Positions 7,524-17,186 of a stretch of DNA of 64,000 bases are shown here, one piece after another. Position 1 is the stretch's first letter; each line of letters begins with the position of its first letter. The position numbers were made by a program, and so were the translations under genes. The notes beneath the pieces were generated by a model. It ran no database searches. It saw nothing but the letters and a program-made list of their open reading frames with translations, and was not told where the DNA came from. Source of the DNA: an uncultured Chlamydiae bacterium (GTDB lineage: Bacteria; Chlamydiota; Chlamydiia; Chlamydiales; JAJFMA01); NCBI GenBank assembly GCA_963713615.1, contig CAVQMM010000001.1, positions 3,328,001 through 3,392,000 of the forward strand. Direction: 5' to 3'.

Positions 7524-10500
7524 ATGGCTACTAGAAGGCGAAAAAAAACATATCCATCGTACAAACCCATCTTAGCAAAGCTGTGGTGGGCATCCCTGCC
7601 GGTCTTTATCGCCGCACAGGGTTGGGTCTTTGCTTCACCTGTTGTTAGAGGTGGTAACGGAGATTCTTGTTTCTCCGCAGAACATTTCTGGCCAATTGCT
7701 GAGGACCTTCAAGGTTTTGAAGGGTATCCGCTCAGTGCAATTGTTGATCGTACTTCTCCACTCGTTATTCACAAGACAGAGAGAGAAGATGTCCCAGTCG
7801 CTCAAAAACCCGGTTTAGAACGGGCTGACTCCAAGCTTGATTGGTTTGCTCAGCAGAAGCCAAGCAGTGAGCGCTTTCGGCTCCCCGAAGGGATTGCGCG
7901 AACATGTACCGAGCAACAATCCAGTCATTTTGACCTTTCTGATGAGCCCCAACCTGCCAACTACCGTCCTTATCTATGCCGACAGGAGCTTGTCCAGAAA
8001 ATTGCAGCAGTGGCATCCGGTCTAGGATCCATCGCGAGCAGTGATCGCCGTACGGGTCAGTGCCTTTCTGCATTCAAGAATGCTCCGACGGCCTGGGGAC
8101 AGCTAGACTATGCCTATCGTGAATGTGCACCCACCTGCTCTTTGGGTACCATGGGAATCCCTGTTTTTGCAGGTAATGGGCCGAATACCACATATAGTTC
8201 CGGCCTAGCCACCTATGGTATTGCTTCCTCTAGTCGATATAATGTTGGCAATCAAGAAGCGAACCGTCCTAAAGGGTCGGATTTGGCGCACATTCCACAC
8301 TTCGCAAATGCTGCAGAACAACAGGTTAGCTCAGCCAAAATTGCTGAACATCGCGACGGCCAGTGGAGTGCTAAGAGCCTTCTAGCAACCAAAGAGAGTT
8401 GTCCTGAATGCATATATCATGAGCACCGCACTCCAGCCCTCCTAACGAGCGGCACAATACTATCCTCCATCGCCGAGGCGTCTCACGGTAGTCAGACTTT
8501 ATCGGATGTAGGCCCAAATGAAGCTTCTGCGTTGTCGCCGGTTTTTATCGTTTCAGCACATCGCTTTGAGTCCCATCCCAGAAGTATTCCTCATCTGATT
8601 TGTGAAGGATGCACGACTACATATGGGCAGATGGCACATGAGGAACAAGGCACCACCGGAGCCTGGGGTATCGTTGCTGCCGACAGGATCGATGTTGCAC
8701 ATCGTCTTGCACCTTTTACTACTCTGCCAAAAATGCTTCATGCGAGTTGTGATCTCTCCTCTCCATCAGCAGATGATGCGTTCGCGAGAGCTCTGGACGG
8801 CCGTGAGACACTCGCACACAAAACAAATGAATTAGTTTTAGGTGGTGGAAGGGAAAATTACGATGCTACCGACTCTATTGATCAGAGTCATTGGGCCCGC
8901 ACAGCACATCTCTTTCATCCATTGGCAGCTCAGAGAGCTGTTGCCGCCTATGCTGGTCAAGATAACTCTGCTATCTGGTCTCTTGTCGCCGCATCACCAA
9001 GATTGCTTTTAGCAGCTGCTAAGGGGCTTTCCTGTATAGGTTCTGAATGTCCGCTTCAGCTTGGTCGTCTAACTCAAGGGCATCCAACGGCAGCCCTCGC
9101 TGCTTTTGACGGCACGGATTACCGCGATATCAGTGATATCCGTCATCTGTCTCCTTTTACCACGAAGGATCTTGCCCCTACCGATCCCTGTCTGTATTGC
9201 GACAAGTCGGCCATGGGTCTTACGACTTTCGAGGATGATACACCGGAATTCTTACAGACGGCTTCGAGAACGTTTTGGAAGTTGGCTCGCGATACCAGTT
9301 TTCCTGGTGAAGATCATCATCAGGACGTCGCAAGATCTACTCCCGATCCTAGAAATTGGGCCGTTCCGGTCAAAGCAGTCGCACAGCTTGCAGCCGCTGA
9401 TAACGCAGCGCTTAACCAGCAACATTCGTCTTTACAAGCGGCGTATGAACCGCAGCAAACTCCAAACTATTGGACAGTGCTTGACCGTTTGGTAGAAGAG
9501 CATCAAGGTTCTCAGTTGGCAGGTGCTCGTTCTCATACAGGTGCGCCTCAGCAGTTTAGTGAGCAAGCTGATCAGTCATCCAGACTTGCTCGTGAGAGTA
9601 CATTTCTGGGTAGAGGACAGGGCGCTTCACGTCTCGATGGTGACATTGACGCTTTTGCATCTTCCCTTCAGTCATTGCGTCAAAAGCGCATGCCGCAGAA
9701 TCTAGAAACAGATTCTACAGCCCAAGCTGTCATTGAGCGTCAACCTCTAGCAGATCAAAGTATTTTTGCACTGGCTTACGAAGGCGCTAACCCTCGTTTC
9801 GAAGGGAACACTCCCTTAACTCGCTCCGCACAGGTGCCTTCGCACGCCTTTGATGAAAAAAATCTTATCGCCGCTGCACGTCAGGTTAGTCAAAAAATTC
9901 AGCATGATGAATTTTTAGATGCCCTTGACCTAGCATCGAGCGATAACCTAGTAGATGCTAACCTTGGAGCTGTCGTAGCTCCGGATTTTGGCAAACTTCT
10001 CTTTTCTGCCGCAGCCGATGTTCTGCCACCAGCTCGAAGTCCTGCCTATGACAAGCCAGTCGTCAGTGCCGATGCAGTAAGTCCTTTGGCTGTACGTGGA
10101 ACTATTCGAGCTAAACGCGAGGCTCAGGAAGCCTTAGCATTGGCGATGCTTGCTGATGCCAATCAAGCCTCTTTGCAATATCCCGAAGTGGATTTGCATC
10201 AGCTAAAGTTCGCTCAGGTTCTCGCGACTTTTGATGCTGATGCGGCTGCCCTGCTAGAAGCTAATGAGAAAGCGGAACTAAAGGCAAAAGAAGTTGCTGC
10301 CTTAGCAGCTATTGAAAATGCGAAAGATGCCCCTCTGCAATATGGCGACACGGATTTGCATCAGCTTAAGCTCGCACAGACGGTATCTGTTCTCGAAAAT
10401 AATGAAGCTGCGGCACTGGAAGCTAATCAAGCTACTGCCTTAGCGGCTTTAGAAGGAAAACATGCCGAGGCTTTAGCAGCGCTTGATGCAGAGCGAATGG

Positions 10501-13500
10501 CAGCATTAGAGGCCATTGCTGACAGCAAAGAGGGCCCTTTGCAATACGGCGAGACCGATTTGCATCAGCTTAAGTTTGCACAAGCAGTAGCTGCTCTTGA
10601 CGATAATGAGGTTGCCGCACAGGAGGCCAAACGAGCAGCGGTACTGGAGGCTTTAGAAGCTAAATATGCCGAGGCCCTAGCAGCTCTTGAAGCGAAGCGA
10701 ACGGTTGCGTTAGAGGCTATTGCAGATGCGAAAGTAGCCCCCTTGCAATACGGCGAGACGGATCTGCATCAGCTTAAGCTGACGCAGGCTCTAGCAGCTC
10801 TTCAGGCTAATGAAGCAGCAGCACCCGATGCTAACCAAACTGTTCTCTTGGCAGAGATGCAAGCGCAGCAGGCAGCAGCCCTGGAAGCTATTGCCGACGC
10901 CACGGAATCTCCCCTGCAATATCGAAATGTCGACCTTCATCAGCTTCAGTTGGCTCAGGCTCTTGCTGTCCTTGACGATAATCAGGCTGCAGTACTCCAG
11001 GCTCGCCAGGCTAAGGCTTTGGAAGCCTTTGAAGCTAGACAAGCCCTTGCTGTTACAGAGGTTAAACAGGTTCCTCAGCAGACCGATCATGTTCTCGTAA
11101 AACGCCAAAATGCTAGTAACGACAAGGCGGCTTCTGTTCTTCCTGATTTTTGCAAGCAATGGTTGGCTAAAGCTATTGAGAATTCATCCAATAGCAGTTC
11201 AGCCGCTCCTGCTTCTTTGACTGATCATCAAATTTATTCCATTAGCCCACTGAGCCCTGACGGTGCCCAAAAAAACAACTTCCCTCAGAAAAACAGTACT
11301 CTTGCTATCGCCAATGTGCGTCAATTGGATCAGGTTCAGCCTTCCGACTTGTTGGCGGATGTGAGCTTTCCTCAGATCATTCCTGAGCTACAATTTGGTG
11401 GCGTATTGGCCCGAGTCGTTACGCAAAAGGCTGCGGACACGGTCAGTGACCTCCTAACACTTGTTCAGCATTCTCCTTCTGCACTATCAGTAATGGCAGC
11501 GTCTGCTGGTCCTACACCAACGCAACTTGATCCGATCTTATCCCAGACTGAAGCCCAAGCCTTGGGGCTTGATATCCGAGGGCTTGGAAAAGATGGTGCT
11601 TTTAGCGCTGACGAAATGCAGATCGCTGGACGTCAGCATTCAGGCCATGTGGGAGAAGCGCATACTGCTCAAGATGCTGCTAACCTTGGTCTCTTGGCGG
11701 ATGCCGAAGAGGGTACACCGAACAAGTTGACGGCGACATCCATGGCTGGAGGCGCCGAGGCTTTACAAACTCCTAATACGGTGACTGGTTCTCTACTTTG
11801 CAAAAATGCCGTATGCTCGGGATCTACCTACGCTCCAACAGATCGCATCGGCGAGACCGGTAAACCGATTTTTGATCCTTCGCAGCTAAAGCAACTCAAT
11901 GCCAGTGTACAGCCTAAAGATATGGATGCTTCGCAGCACAAACGGCACCCCGACCTATGGACATTGTCGCCTGGTCCTGGTTCCCAAACGGTCACTCCAC
12001 ACGGCAAAGTTCCAGGAGGTTTTGACGTTGCTTCCGGTCATACAGGAGTGTCACGTCCCGTAGAGCTAGGAGACGCGGCATCTCAGGTGCGGTCGCTTCG
12101 CGATGGATATCATTACTATATCGGTGATGGCACAACGCCTTCTATGTCCACATCGCTGGATCATCTCCAGATCAGTGGGGCTTTGACGCAGTTGCCAGGT
12201 ACGACTCCCGATGATACCTTTGATGGCTTGGCCGCTGATTTCCGTACGAGGGAGAAAGTTGGTCTTTACGATACTCCAGCACAGAGCAATCAAACCGTTC
12301 TATCGTTGGCTCCTAGCATTGATTCAGCTTGGGGTGTGGATAGCCGTCGCGTGCCCAAAGAGCAGAAGATTGACTCGTCAGTCTCGTTATCCAGCAAAGA
12401 AACTCAGGGCATCTCTAATGCAATTGCCACCGTTGCGAGCACCGGTAAAGAAAGACATAAGTTTGTTAAGGTCGTTGATGTCGACGCACAGCGTCAAATG
12501 GCTAAGTCGGCTGGTAAGGTAACCAGAGCTGCCGAACATTCCAGCATCGATTCCGCCGCTAGACACCGTTTTGCGGTTGAGGTTGTCCCTCACGTAGACA
12601 ATTCTGAACCCAACAACATGCACCTGTTGGTTGGCCGTGCGTCTGGTCCTAAGAGCGAAATCTCTGCCCGCACAGACTCCTCATTCCTGATCGATGTCGC
12701 CTATGCCGCTGATGTCGCTGAGGTCGGAGCTGCACGTGAACCTGCTTCCTTCTTGTCCGTTGGCGCCCCTAGCTACCCCATCGCTGAAAGAGATTGGGAT
12801 GATTCCTGGTTGAGCAACGATTCCACCCTCGCCGTCGGTGCGGTCAATAATGACCGTGAAGATTATGACGTTGATGACAACGACTATTCCGTTGCCCTAG
12901 CGGCCCCTGGGGGAGACCCAGGTATTGATCCTTTTGGACGTAAACCCACAGCTCTCGGAGTGCGTCGCGAAGGACGTCTTTGGGATGACAATGGACCATG
13001 GTTTGATTCCGCTGATGACCACGCGGTTTCTAGAACCGAAAGGCAATCGCCTCAGATGAATAGGTATGAGGGGAGGCGACCACCTGACAAAGAGGCGGGA
13101 GCGCCCCGCTACGGGGCAAACGCCATGGCCGCGGATGAGGCCACCATAAGCAACGAAAGGGAACTGGACGGTTCCTTTCAAAAAAAAAATCGAACGGTGG
13201 AAACCGAGCGCTATCAACGTGAAGAAGATTACGGCAGCGTTCGAAGCGATTCCGAAGCCGACTTTTCCAGCGCCCCGCTTGCTGAAGCAGACGACCACGT
13301 CAAACAGCCAGACAACTCGAGTGCAGGCACGCCTAATGGCGAATGGCAGCTAGCTCCGCCCTCGAGAACTCTTACAGCATCTCCGGAGCATGTAAAGCCC
13401 ACTGTAGAAGCTCCTACTGAAGAGCTTGTAGCTCAGCAAACACTTTTTGATAGTGGTGTGCCTGCGGCTAAGCCTAAGTCTACTGAGGTACCTGTAAAAC

Positions 13501-15800
13501 CTGCTATTCCCCCTCCTGTGGAGCATCCCAAGGAGGAAGAGCAGCAGGAAGGATTGCTGATCAATTTCCGCGATGTTGCGATTACCGAATATATCCGCTT
13601 AGTGGCTCAACAGACCGGTAAGAATTTTATCTTTAATGATAAAGATCTTAACTTCAATATCACGGTCATTTCTGAACAGCCCACAACCATGGATAACCTT
13701 CTAGCGGCTCTGCTTCAGGAATTACGCATTCATGGCCTGCAGGTTCTTGAACAGGGTAATAACATCATTATCCATGCCAATGACAAGACCAAAGGACCCA
13801 CGCGCATTGTTAAAGGGGATCAAAAAGATACCCACGAGACCGCTCTTGTCACACGTGTGTTTCAGCTGGATAGCATCCCCGCCGACAAGATGAAAGCTGT
13901 CGTCACGCCGATGTTATCAGGTCAGGCATTAGTACAAGTGTTATCCGATACCAATAATTTGCTCATTACTGACTTTGGCGACAATGTTGAAAAGATTGCC
14001 GATCTGATTAATACCCTCGATCGTCCAACCACAGCCTTTCAGATTGGCCAATACGTAGGTAGAAACAACTTTATCGAAAACCTCATTCCTTTGGCGGAAG
14101 GGATCATCAGACCCTTTGCAGAAAAGCATGACGTTGTTTTCGTTCCACACCTCGCTACAAACAGTGTGTTTATCGTTTCTAGCCCAGTATTGGTCAAGCG
14201 TGCTATCGGTATCTTAGAACAACTGGATGCTCTTGAGGGGGCGACCAAAATCCTTACCCTCGAAGATCTTAGCAAGGGTGGGGCGGCTCTAACCAATCCT
14301 CAAGGCCAGGGCCCAGAGGAAATTATAGGTCCACAAAGGCCGAAGACTCAACAAGAAATCGACGAAGAAGCTCGCGCTAACGCCGAGTTGGAGAAAGCAC
14401 GTACCGGGACTTCTCCCGCAGCAAACTTACTGAAGGAAAAGGGTGAGGGCCACGAACATGAGGCCACCCCTACTAAAGTAGCTGAGCACAAGCTGCCAGT
14501 AGACCATATTACGCAGACGAAATTTTACATCCATAAGCTTCAATATCGAAAGGGAGATCAGCTCCAGTCTGCCCTACAGGCGATTGCAGACAGCCTACGT
14601 ATGAGCGAGACGGCGAACGTCGATCTTGTCAATGCCATCAATAGCGCCCAATGGATTGATTCTTCCAATTCCCTCGTAGTCACAGGTACTGCAGAATCCT
14701 TGGGTCGTGTGCAAGAATTGATCAATGAGATCGACATTCCTCTGAGACAAGTATTCCTCGAGATGTTGATCCTGGACACTACCATCACCGACTCGCTAAC
14801 TTTCAGCGTCGATTTTGGTTCGCAGTTCGGGGGGTATCAAAACGCCGGAGTCCAAGGATGGAGTGGAGATACACCAGCGACATCAACGTCGGCTAACCCT
14901 CTTTTTGCAGCTATCAAAAACTCAAGCCTAGGAGATGCTACCAATATTACTACCAGTACTGTTACTCCCTATATTATCAATGCCGCAGGCTTGATGGGTG
15001 TGACAGCTCCAGGTATGAACCTTGGCATCATCGGACGCCGTATTTTGAAGGGCGGCCAGTTCTTCAATACCGTGGGCGCGCTTGTCCAGGCCATCCATGG
15101 CGATACCCAATCGGATATTATTTTGAACCCAAAGATTATGGTAGAGGACAACCAATCTGCCGAAATCTTCGTGGGTGAAAGCCTGGCCTTCCAGACACAG
15201 AACGTTGTTAATGATTCTGGTAGTATCATCAGCCAGAACATTGAATTCCGCGATGTTGGTACCACTCTCAATGTTACGGTGCAAATCGGTAACAATGACA
15301 TCATCACTTTAGACATCAAGCAAGAGGTGAGTGCCACTATCAATACGACCTCAGGCGGTTCTGGCGGCGGAGGCTCACAGACCTCCACAAACCTTAACGC
15401 AGGTCCTGCAACTTCACAAAGTCGTACCATCACCCGTGTCCACGTGCCTAACGAATATTTCGTTGTGATTAGCGGTATGATCAGACAGGATAAAGGACGT
15501 GTCCGCGAGCAAATTCCTTGTATCGGTGGCTTACCATTCCTGGGAGCATTGAGTGCTCGAAAAGATAACACCGACAGTCGTCGAAACGTGATGATTTTCA
15601 TCAGGCCCCAAATTATTGATACAGATTGGGATTATGATGATGTAACGCGACGTCAGCAAAATGCTATGATCGATAAGGGCAGGAGAAAACCGCGTTGGAA
15701 GTATGAAGCTGATGAAGGCTTAGATTTCTTGAACTTGCCACGCATCAATGAACACTGCGAAGACGATAGCTATCTGCCTGGTTGGTGGGATGACCCTTAG
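7524..15800 (+). CDS. cdsC: Giant T3SS outer-membrane secretin (CdsC/SctC), 2758 aa, with ~2000-aa N-terminal extension
   Basis: From about residue 2010: INFRDVAITEYIRLV..NFIF..LNFNITVIS..LQELRIHGLQVLEQGNN (chlamydial CdsC-like N-domain), then LRQVFLEMLI, ILNPKIMVEDN, FRDVGTTL and IPCIGGLPFLG secretin motifs. Confidence 0.88.
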   Translation: MATRRRKKTYPSYKPILAKLWWASLPVFIAAQGWVFASPVVRGGNGDSCFSAEHFWPIAEDLQGFEGYPLSAIVDRTSPLVIHKTEREDVPVAQKPGLERADSKLDWFAQQKPSSERFRLPEGIARTCTEQQSSHFDLSDEPQPANYRPYLCRQELVQKIAAVASGLGSIASSDRRTGQCLSAFKNAPTAWGQLDYAYRECAPTCSLGTMGIPVFAGNGPNTTYSSGLATYGIASSSRYNVGNQEANRPKGSDLAHIPHFANAAEQQVSSAKIAEHRDGQWSAKSLLATKESCPECIYHEHRTPALLTSGTILSSIAEASHGSQTLSDVGPNEASALSPVFIVSAHRFESHPRSIPHLICEGCTTTYGQMAHEEQGTTGAWGIVAADRIDVAHRLAPFTTLPKMLHASCDLSSPSADDAFARALDGRETLAHKTNELVLGGGRENYDATDSIDQSHWARTAHLFHPLAAQRAVAAYAGQDNSAIWSLVAASPRLLLAAAKGLSCIGSECPLQLGRLTQGHPTAALAAFDGTDYRDISDIRHLSPFTTKDLAPTDPCLYCDKSAMGLTTFEDDTPEFLQTASRTFWKLARDTSFPGEDHHQDVARSTPDPRNWAVPVKAVAQLAAADNAALNQQHSSLQAAYEPQQTPNYWTVLDRLVEEHQGSQLAGARSHTGAPQQFSEQADQSSRLARESTFLGRGQGASRLDGDIDAFASSLQSLRQKRMPQNLETDSTAQAVIERQPLADQSIFALAYEGANPRFEGNTPLTRSAQVPSHAFDEKNLIAAARQVSQKIQHDEFLDALDLASSDNLVDANLGAVVAPDFGKLLFSAAADVLPPARSPAYDKPVVSADAVSPLAVRGTIRAKREAQEALALAMLADANQASLQYPEVDLHQLKFAQVLATFDADAAALLEANEKAELKAKEVAALAAIENAKDAPLQYGDTDLHQLKLAQTVSVLENNEAAALEANQATALAALEGKHAEALAALDAERMAALEAIADSKEGPLQYGETDLHQLKFAQAVAALDDNEVAAQEAKRAAVLEALEAKYAEALAALEAKRTVALEAIADAKVAPLQYGETDLHQLKLTQALAALQANEAAAPDANQTVLLAEMQAQQAAALEAIADATESPLQYRNVDLHQLQLAQALAVLDDNQAAVLQARQAKALEAFEARQALAVTEVKQVPQQTDHVLVKRQNASNDKAASVLPDFCKQWLAKAIENSSNSSSAAPASLTDHQIYSISPLSPDGAQKNNFPQKNSTLAIANVRQLDQVQPSDLLADVSFPQIIPELQFGGVLARVVTQKAADTVSDLLTLVQHSPSALSVMAASAGPTPTQLDPILSQTEAQALGLDIRGLGKDGAFSADEMQIAGRQHSGHVGEAHTAQDAANLGLLADAEEGTPNKLTATSMAGGAEALQTPNTVTGSLLCKNAVCSGSTYAPTDRIGETGKPIFDPSQLKQLNASVQPKDMDASQHKRHPDLWTLSPGPGSQTVTPHGKVPGGFDVASGHTGVSRPVELGDAASQVRSLRDGYHYYIGDGTTPSMSTSLDHLQISGALTQLPGTTPDDTFDGLAADFRTREKVGLYDTPAQSNQTVLSLAPSIDSAWGVDSRRVPKEQKIDSSVSLSSKETQGISNAIATVASTGKERHKFVKVVDVDAQRQMAKSAGKVTRAAEHSSIDSAARHRFAVEVVPHVDNSEPNNMHLLVGRASGPKSEISARTDSSFLIDVAYAADVAEVGAAREPASFLSVGAPSYPIAERDWDDSWLSNDSTLAVGAVNNDREDYDVDDNDYSVALAAPGGDPGIDPFGRKPTALGVRREGRLWDDNGPWFDSADDHAVSRTERQSPQMNRYEGRRPPDKEAGAPRYGANAMAADEATISNERELDGSFQKKNRTVETERYQREEDYGSVRSDSEADFSSAPLAEADDHVKQPDNSSAGTPNGEWQLAPPSRTLTASPEHVKPTVEAPTEELVAQQTLFDSGVPAAKPKSTEVPVKPAIPPPVEHPKEEEQQEGLLINFRDVAITEYIRLVAQQTGKNFIFNDKDLNFNITVISEQPTTMDNLLAALLQELRIHGLQVLEQGNNIIIHANDKTKGPTRIVKGDQKDTHETALVTRVFQLDSIPADKMKAVVTPMLSGQALVQVLSDTNNLLITDFGDNVEKIADLINTLDRPTTAFQIGQYVGRNNFIENLIPLAEGIIRPFAEKHDVVFVPHLATNSVFIVSSPVLVKRAIGILEQLDALEGATKILTLEDLSKGGAALTNPQGQGPEEIIGPQRPKTQQEIDEEARANAELEKARTGTSPAANLLKEKGEGHEHEATPTKVAEHKLPVDHITQTKFYIHKLQYRKGDQLQSALQAIADSLRMSETANVDLVNAINSAQWIDSSNSLVVTGTAESLGRVQELINEIDIPLRQVFLEMLILDTTITDSLTFSVDFGSQFGGYQNAGVQGWSGDTPATSTSANPLFAAIKNSSLGDATNITTSTVTPYIINAAGLMGVTAPGMNLGIIGRRILKGGQFFNTVGALVQAIHGDTQSDIILNPKIMVEDNQSAEIFVGESLAFQTQNVVNDSGSIISQNIEFRDVGTTLNVTVQIGNNDIITLDIKQEVSATINTTSGGSGGGGSQTSTNLNAGPATSQSRTITRVHVPNEYFVVISGMIRQDKGRVREQIPCIGGLPFLGALSARKDNTDSRRNVMIFIRPQIIDTDWDYDDVTRRQQNAMIDKGRRKPRWKYEADEGLDFLNLPRINEHCEDDSYLPGWWDDP

Positions 15801-16752
15801 GATTGGACTTAGGTTTTTAGCTCTTTGGTGTCTGCTGATGACTCTGACGGGGTGTCAGTCTAACTCCTGTTTGTTGGAACCAACGATCACCTATTGTCCT
15901 CCTAGGCGTGTCATTACAGGGCTGCCCTCCCCATTTCCTAAGTTGAATATCGAAGAACGCAAGCAAGATTGGGGTAAGGAACTCGCTATTGCTGACCATT
16001 TTGCTCGCGACTTCGATTTCTTTCGGGCTATCACAGCCTACAAAAGAGCCTATTTCCTGATTCCCAAGGAGGCTACGGACCGTCGCCTTCAGATTCAATA
16101 CAGCATCATGTTGTCATACTACCTTGGTTGTCGGTATAAGGACGCTGTAGAGACCTTTGAGACAAGTGATCTGGTCGACGCTGGACCTTCGTTTCCGGCT
16201 TTTGGCGACCTTTTGATTCTATTATATGATTCCTACAAGCAAGATGAGCGTTGCGACAGGGCTGATGCTGTGCTGGAGCTAATAAGGAAGCACTCCCCAG
16301 AAACAGCCGCTGATCTAACTCTCTATAAGGCTGTAACTGAGGGAGACATCGCTGCGGCTGAGAGCCTCGCAGAGGCTCATGCTGCCTCAGAAACTATGAC
16401 ACCTTGGCTAGACGGATACTGCTGCCAAGCTAAGTCTGTGCGCACAGCGCAAACTCTTAATGCCGTACTTCCTGGTGCCGGTTATTTCTATGTGGGGCAA
16501 AAGCAATCGGCTTTGACCTCCTTTCTGCTCAACACGTTATTCACAGCTGCTGCAGTCTACTTCTTTGATGAAGGCAACATCGCTGCTGGCATTATTACCA
16601 CCAGTCTTGAGGCAGGGTGGTACATCGGCGGCATCAACGGTGCTGGCTTAGCTGCTAAAGAATACAATGAACGTCTCTTTGAAGGGCTTGGCAAAGAGCT
16701 CCTATGTGAAAACCGCCTCTTCCCTGTCCTCATGTTCGAGTTCGCCTTCTAA
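15790..16752 (+). CDS. Probable lipoprotein with TPR-like helices and C-terminal hydrophobic domain
   Basis: Lipobox LTGC; TPR-like DFFRAITAYKRA; NAVLPGAGYFYVGQ hydrophobic domain; start overlaps the cdsC stop region. Confidence 0.75.
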   Translation: MTLRIGLRFLALWCLLMTLTGCQSNSCLLEPTITYCPPRRVITGLPSPFPKLNIEERKQDWGKELAIADHFARDFDFFRAITAYKRAYFLIPKEATDRRLQIQYSIMLSYYLGCRYKDAVETFETSDLVDAGPSFPAFGDLLILLYDSYKQDERCDRADAVLELIRKHSPETAADLTLYKAVTEGDIAAAESLAEAHAASETMTPWLDGYCCQAKSVRTAQTLNAVLPGAGYFYVGQKQSALTSFLLNTLFTAAAVYFFDEGNIAAGIITTSLEAGWYIGGINGAGLAAKEYNERLFEGLGKELLCENRLFPVLMFEFAF

Positions 16753-16754
16753 AG

Positions 16755-17043
16755 GAGAGGATTAGGAATTTTACCGCCGAGACACCGAGACACAGAGGTA
16801 GGAGAGAGAGGATTTTAGGAAATTGGCTGTTTGTTATTGCCAGAGGCCTATTTTACCACAGAGTACACGGAGGGCACAGAGAGGATGGCTTTTTTGTGGT
16901 TGGACGTGTCATATGCAGCAATACCATTACCACAAAAAAGCCATCCTCTCTGTGCCCTCCGTGTACTCTGTGGTAAAATCCTCATCCTCTCTCTCCTATC
17001 TCGACGTCTCCGCGTCCTCTGTGGTAAAATTCCTAATCCTCTC
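16755..17043. repeat. Nested palindrome: family C arms enclosing a family B hairpin (16850-16979)
   Basis: Inner perfect 51-bp inverted repeat (16850-16900 and 16929-16979); same GCTGTTTGTTATT linker as the 7.1-kb copy. Confidence 0.9.
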
Positions 17044-17186
17044 TTCCTTATCGTCAGAGGCCTCTCTACCGCAAAGTAAAATTTAAATTGCCAAGAATTC
17101 CTGTTTTTTAGAGTCTATACGTGGTTTCAATCATTTGAACTGAATTCTTACAAAATAGTTGAAAACGCTCCGCCAGTAGGTGTTGA

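Noticed and set aside
7524..15800. Secretin as T2SS GspD or pilus PilQ
   Set aside because: The N-domain motifs resemble chlamydial CdsC, there are no gspE/F neighbours, and the T3SS operon in the window lacks its cdsC
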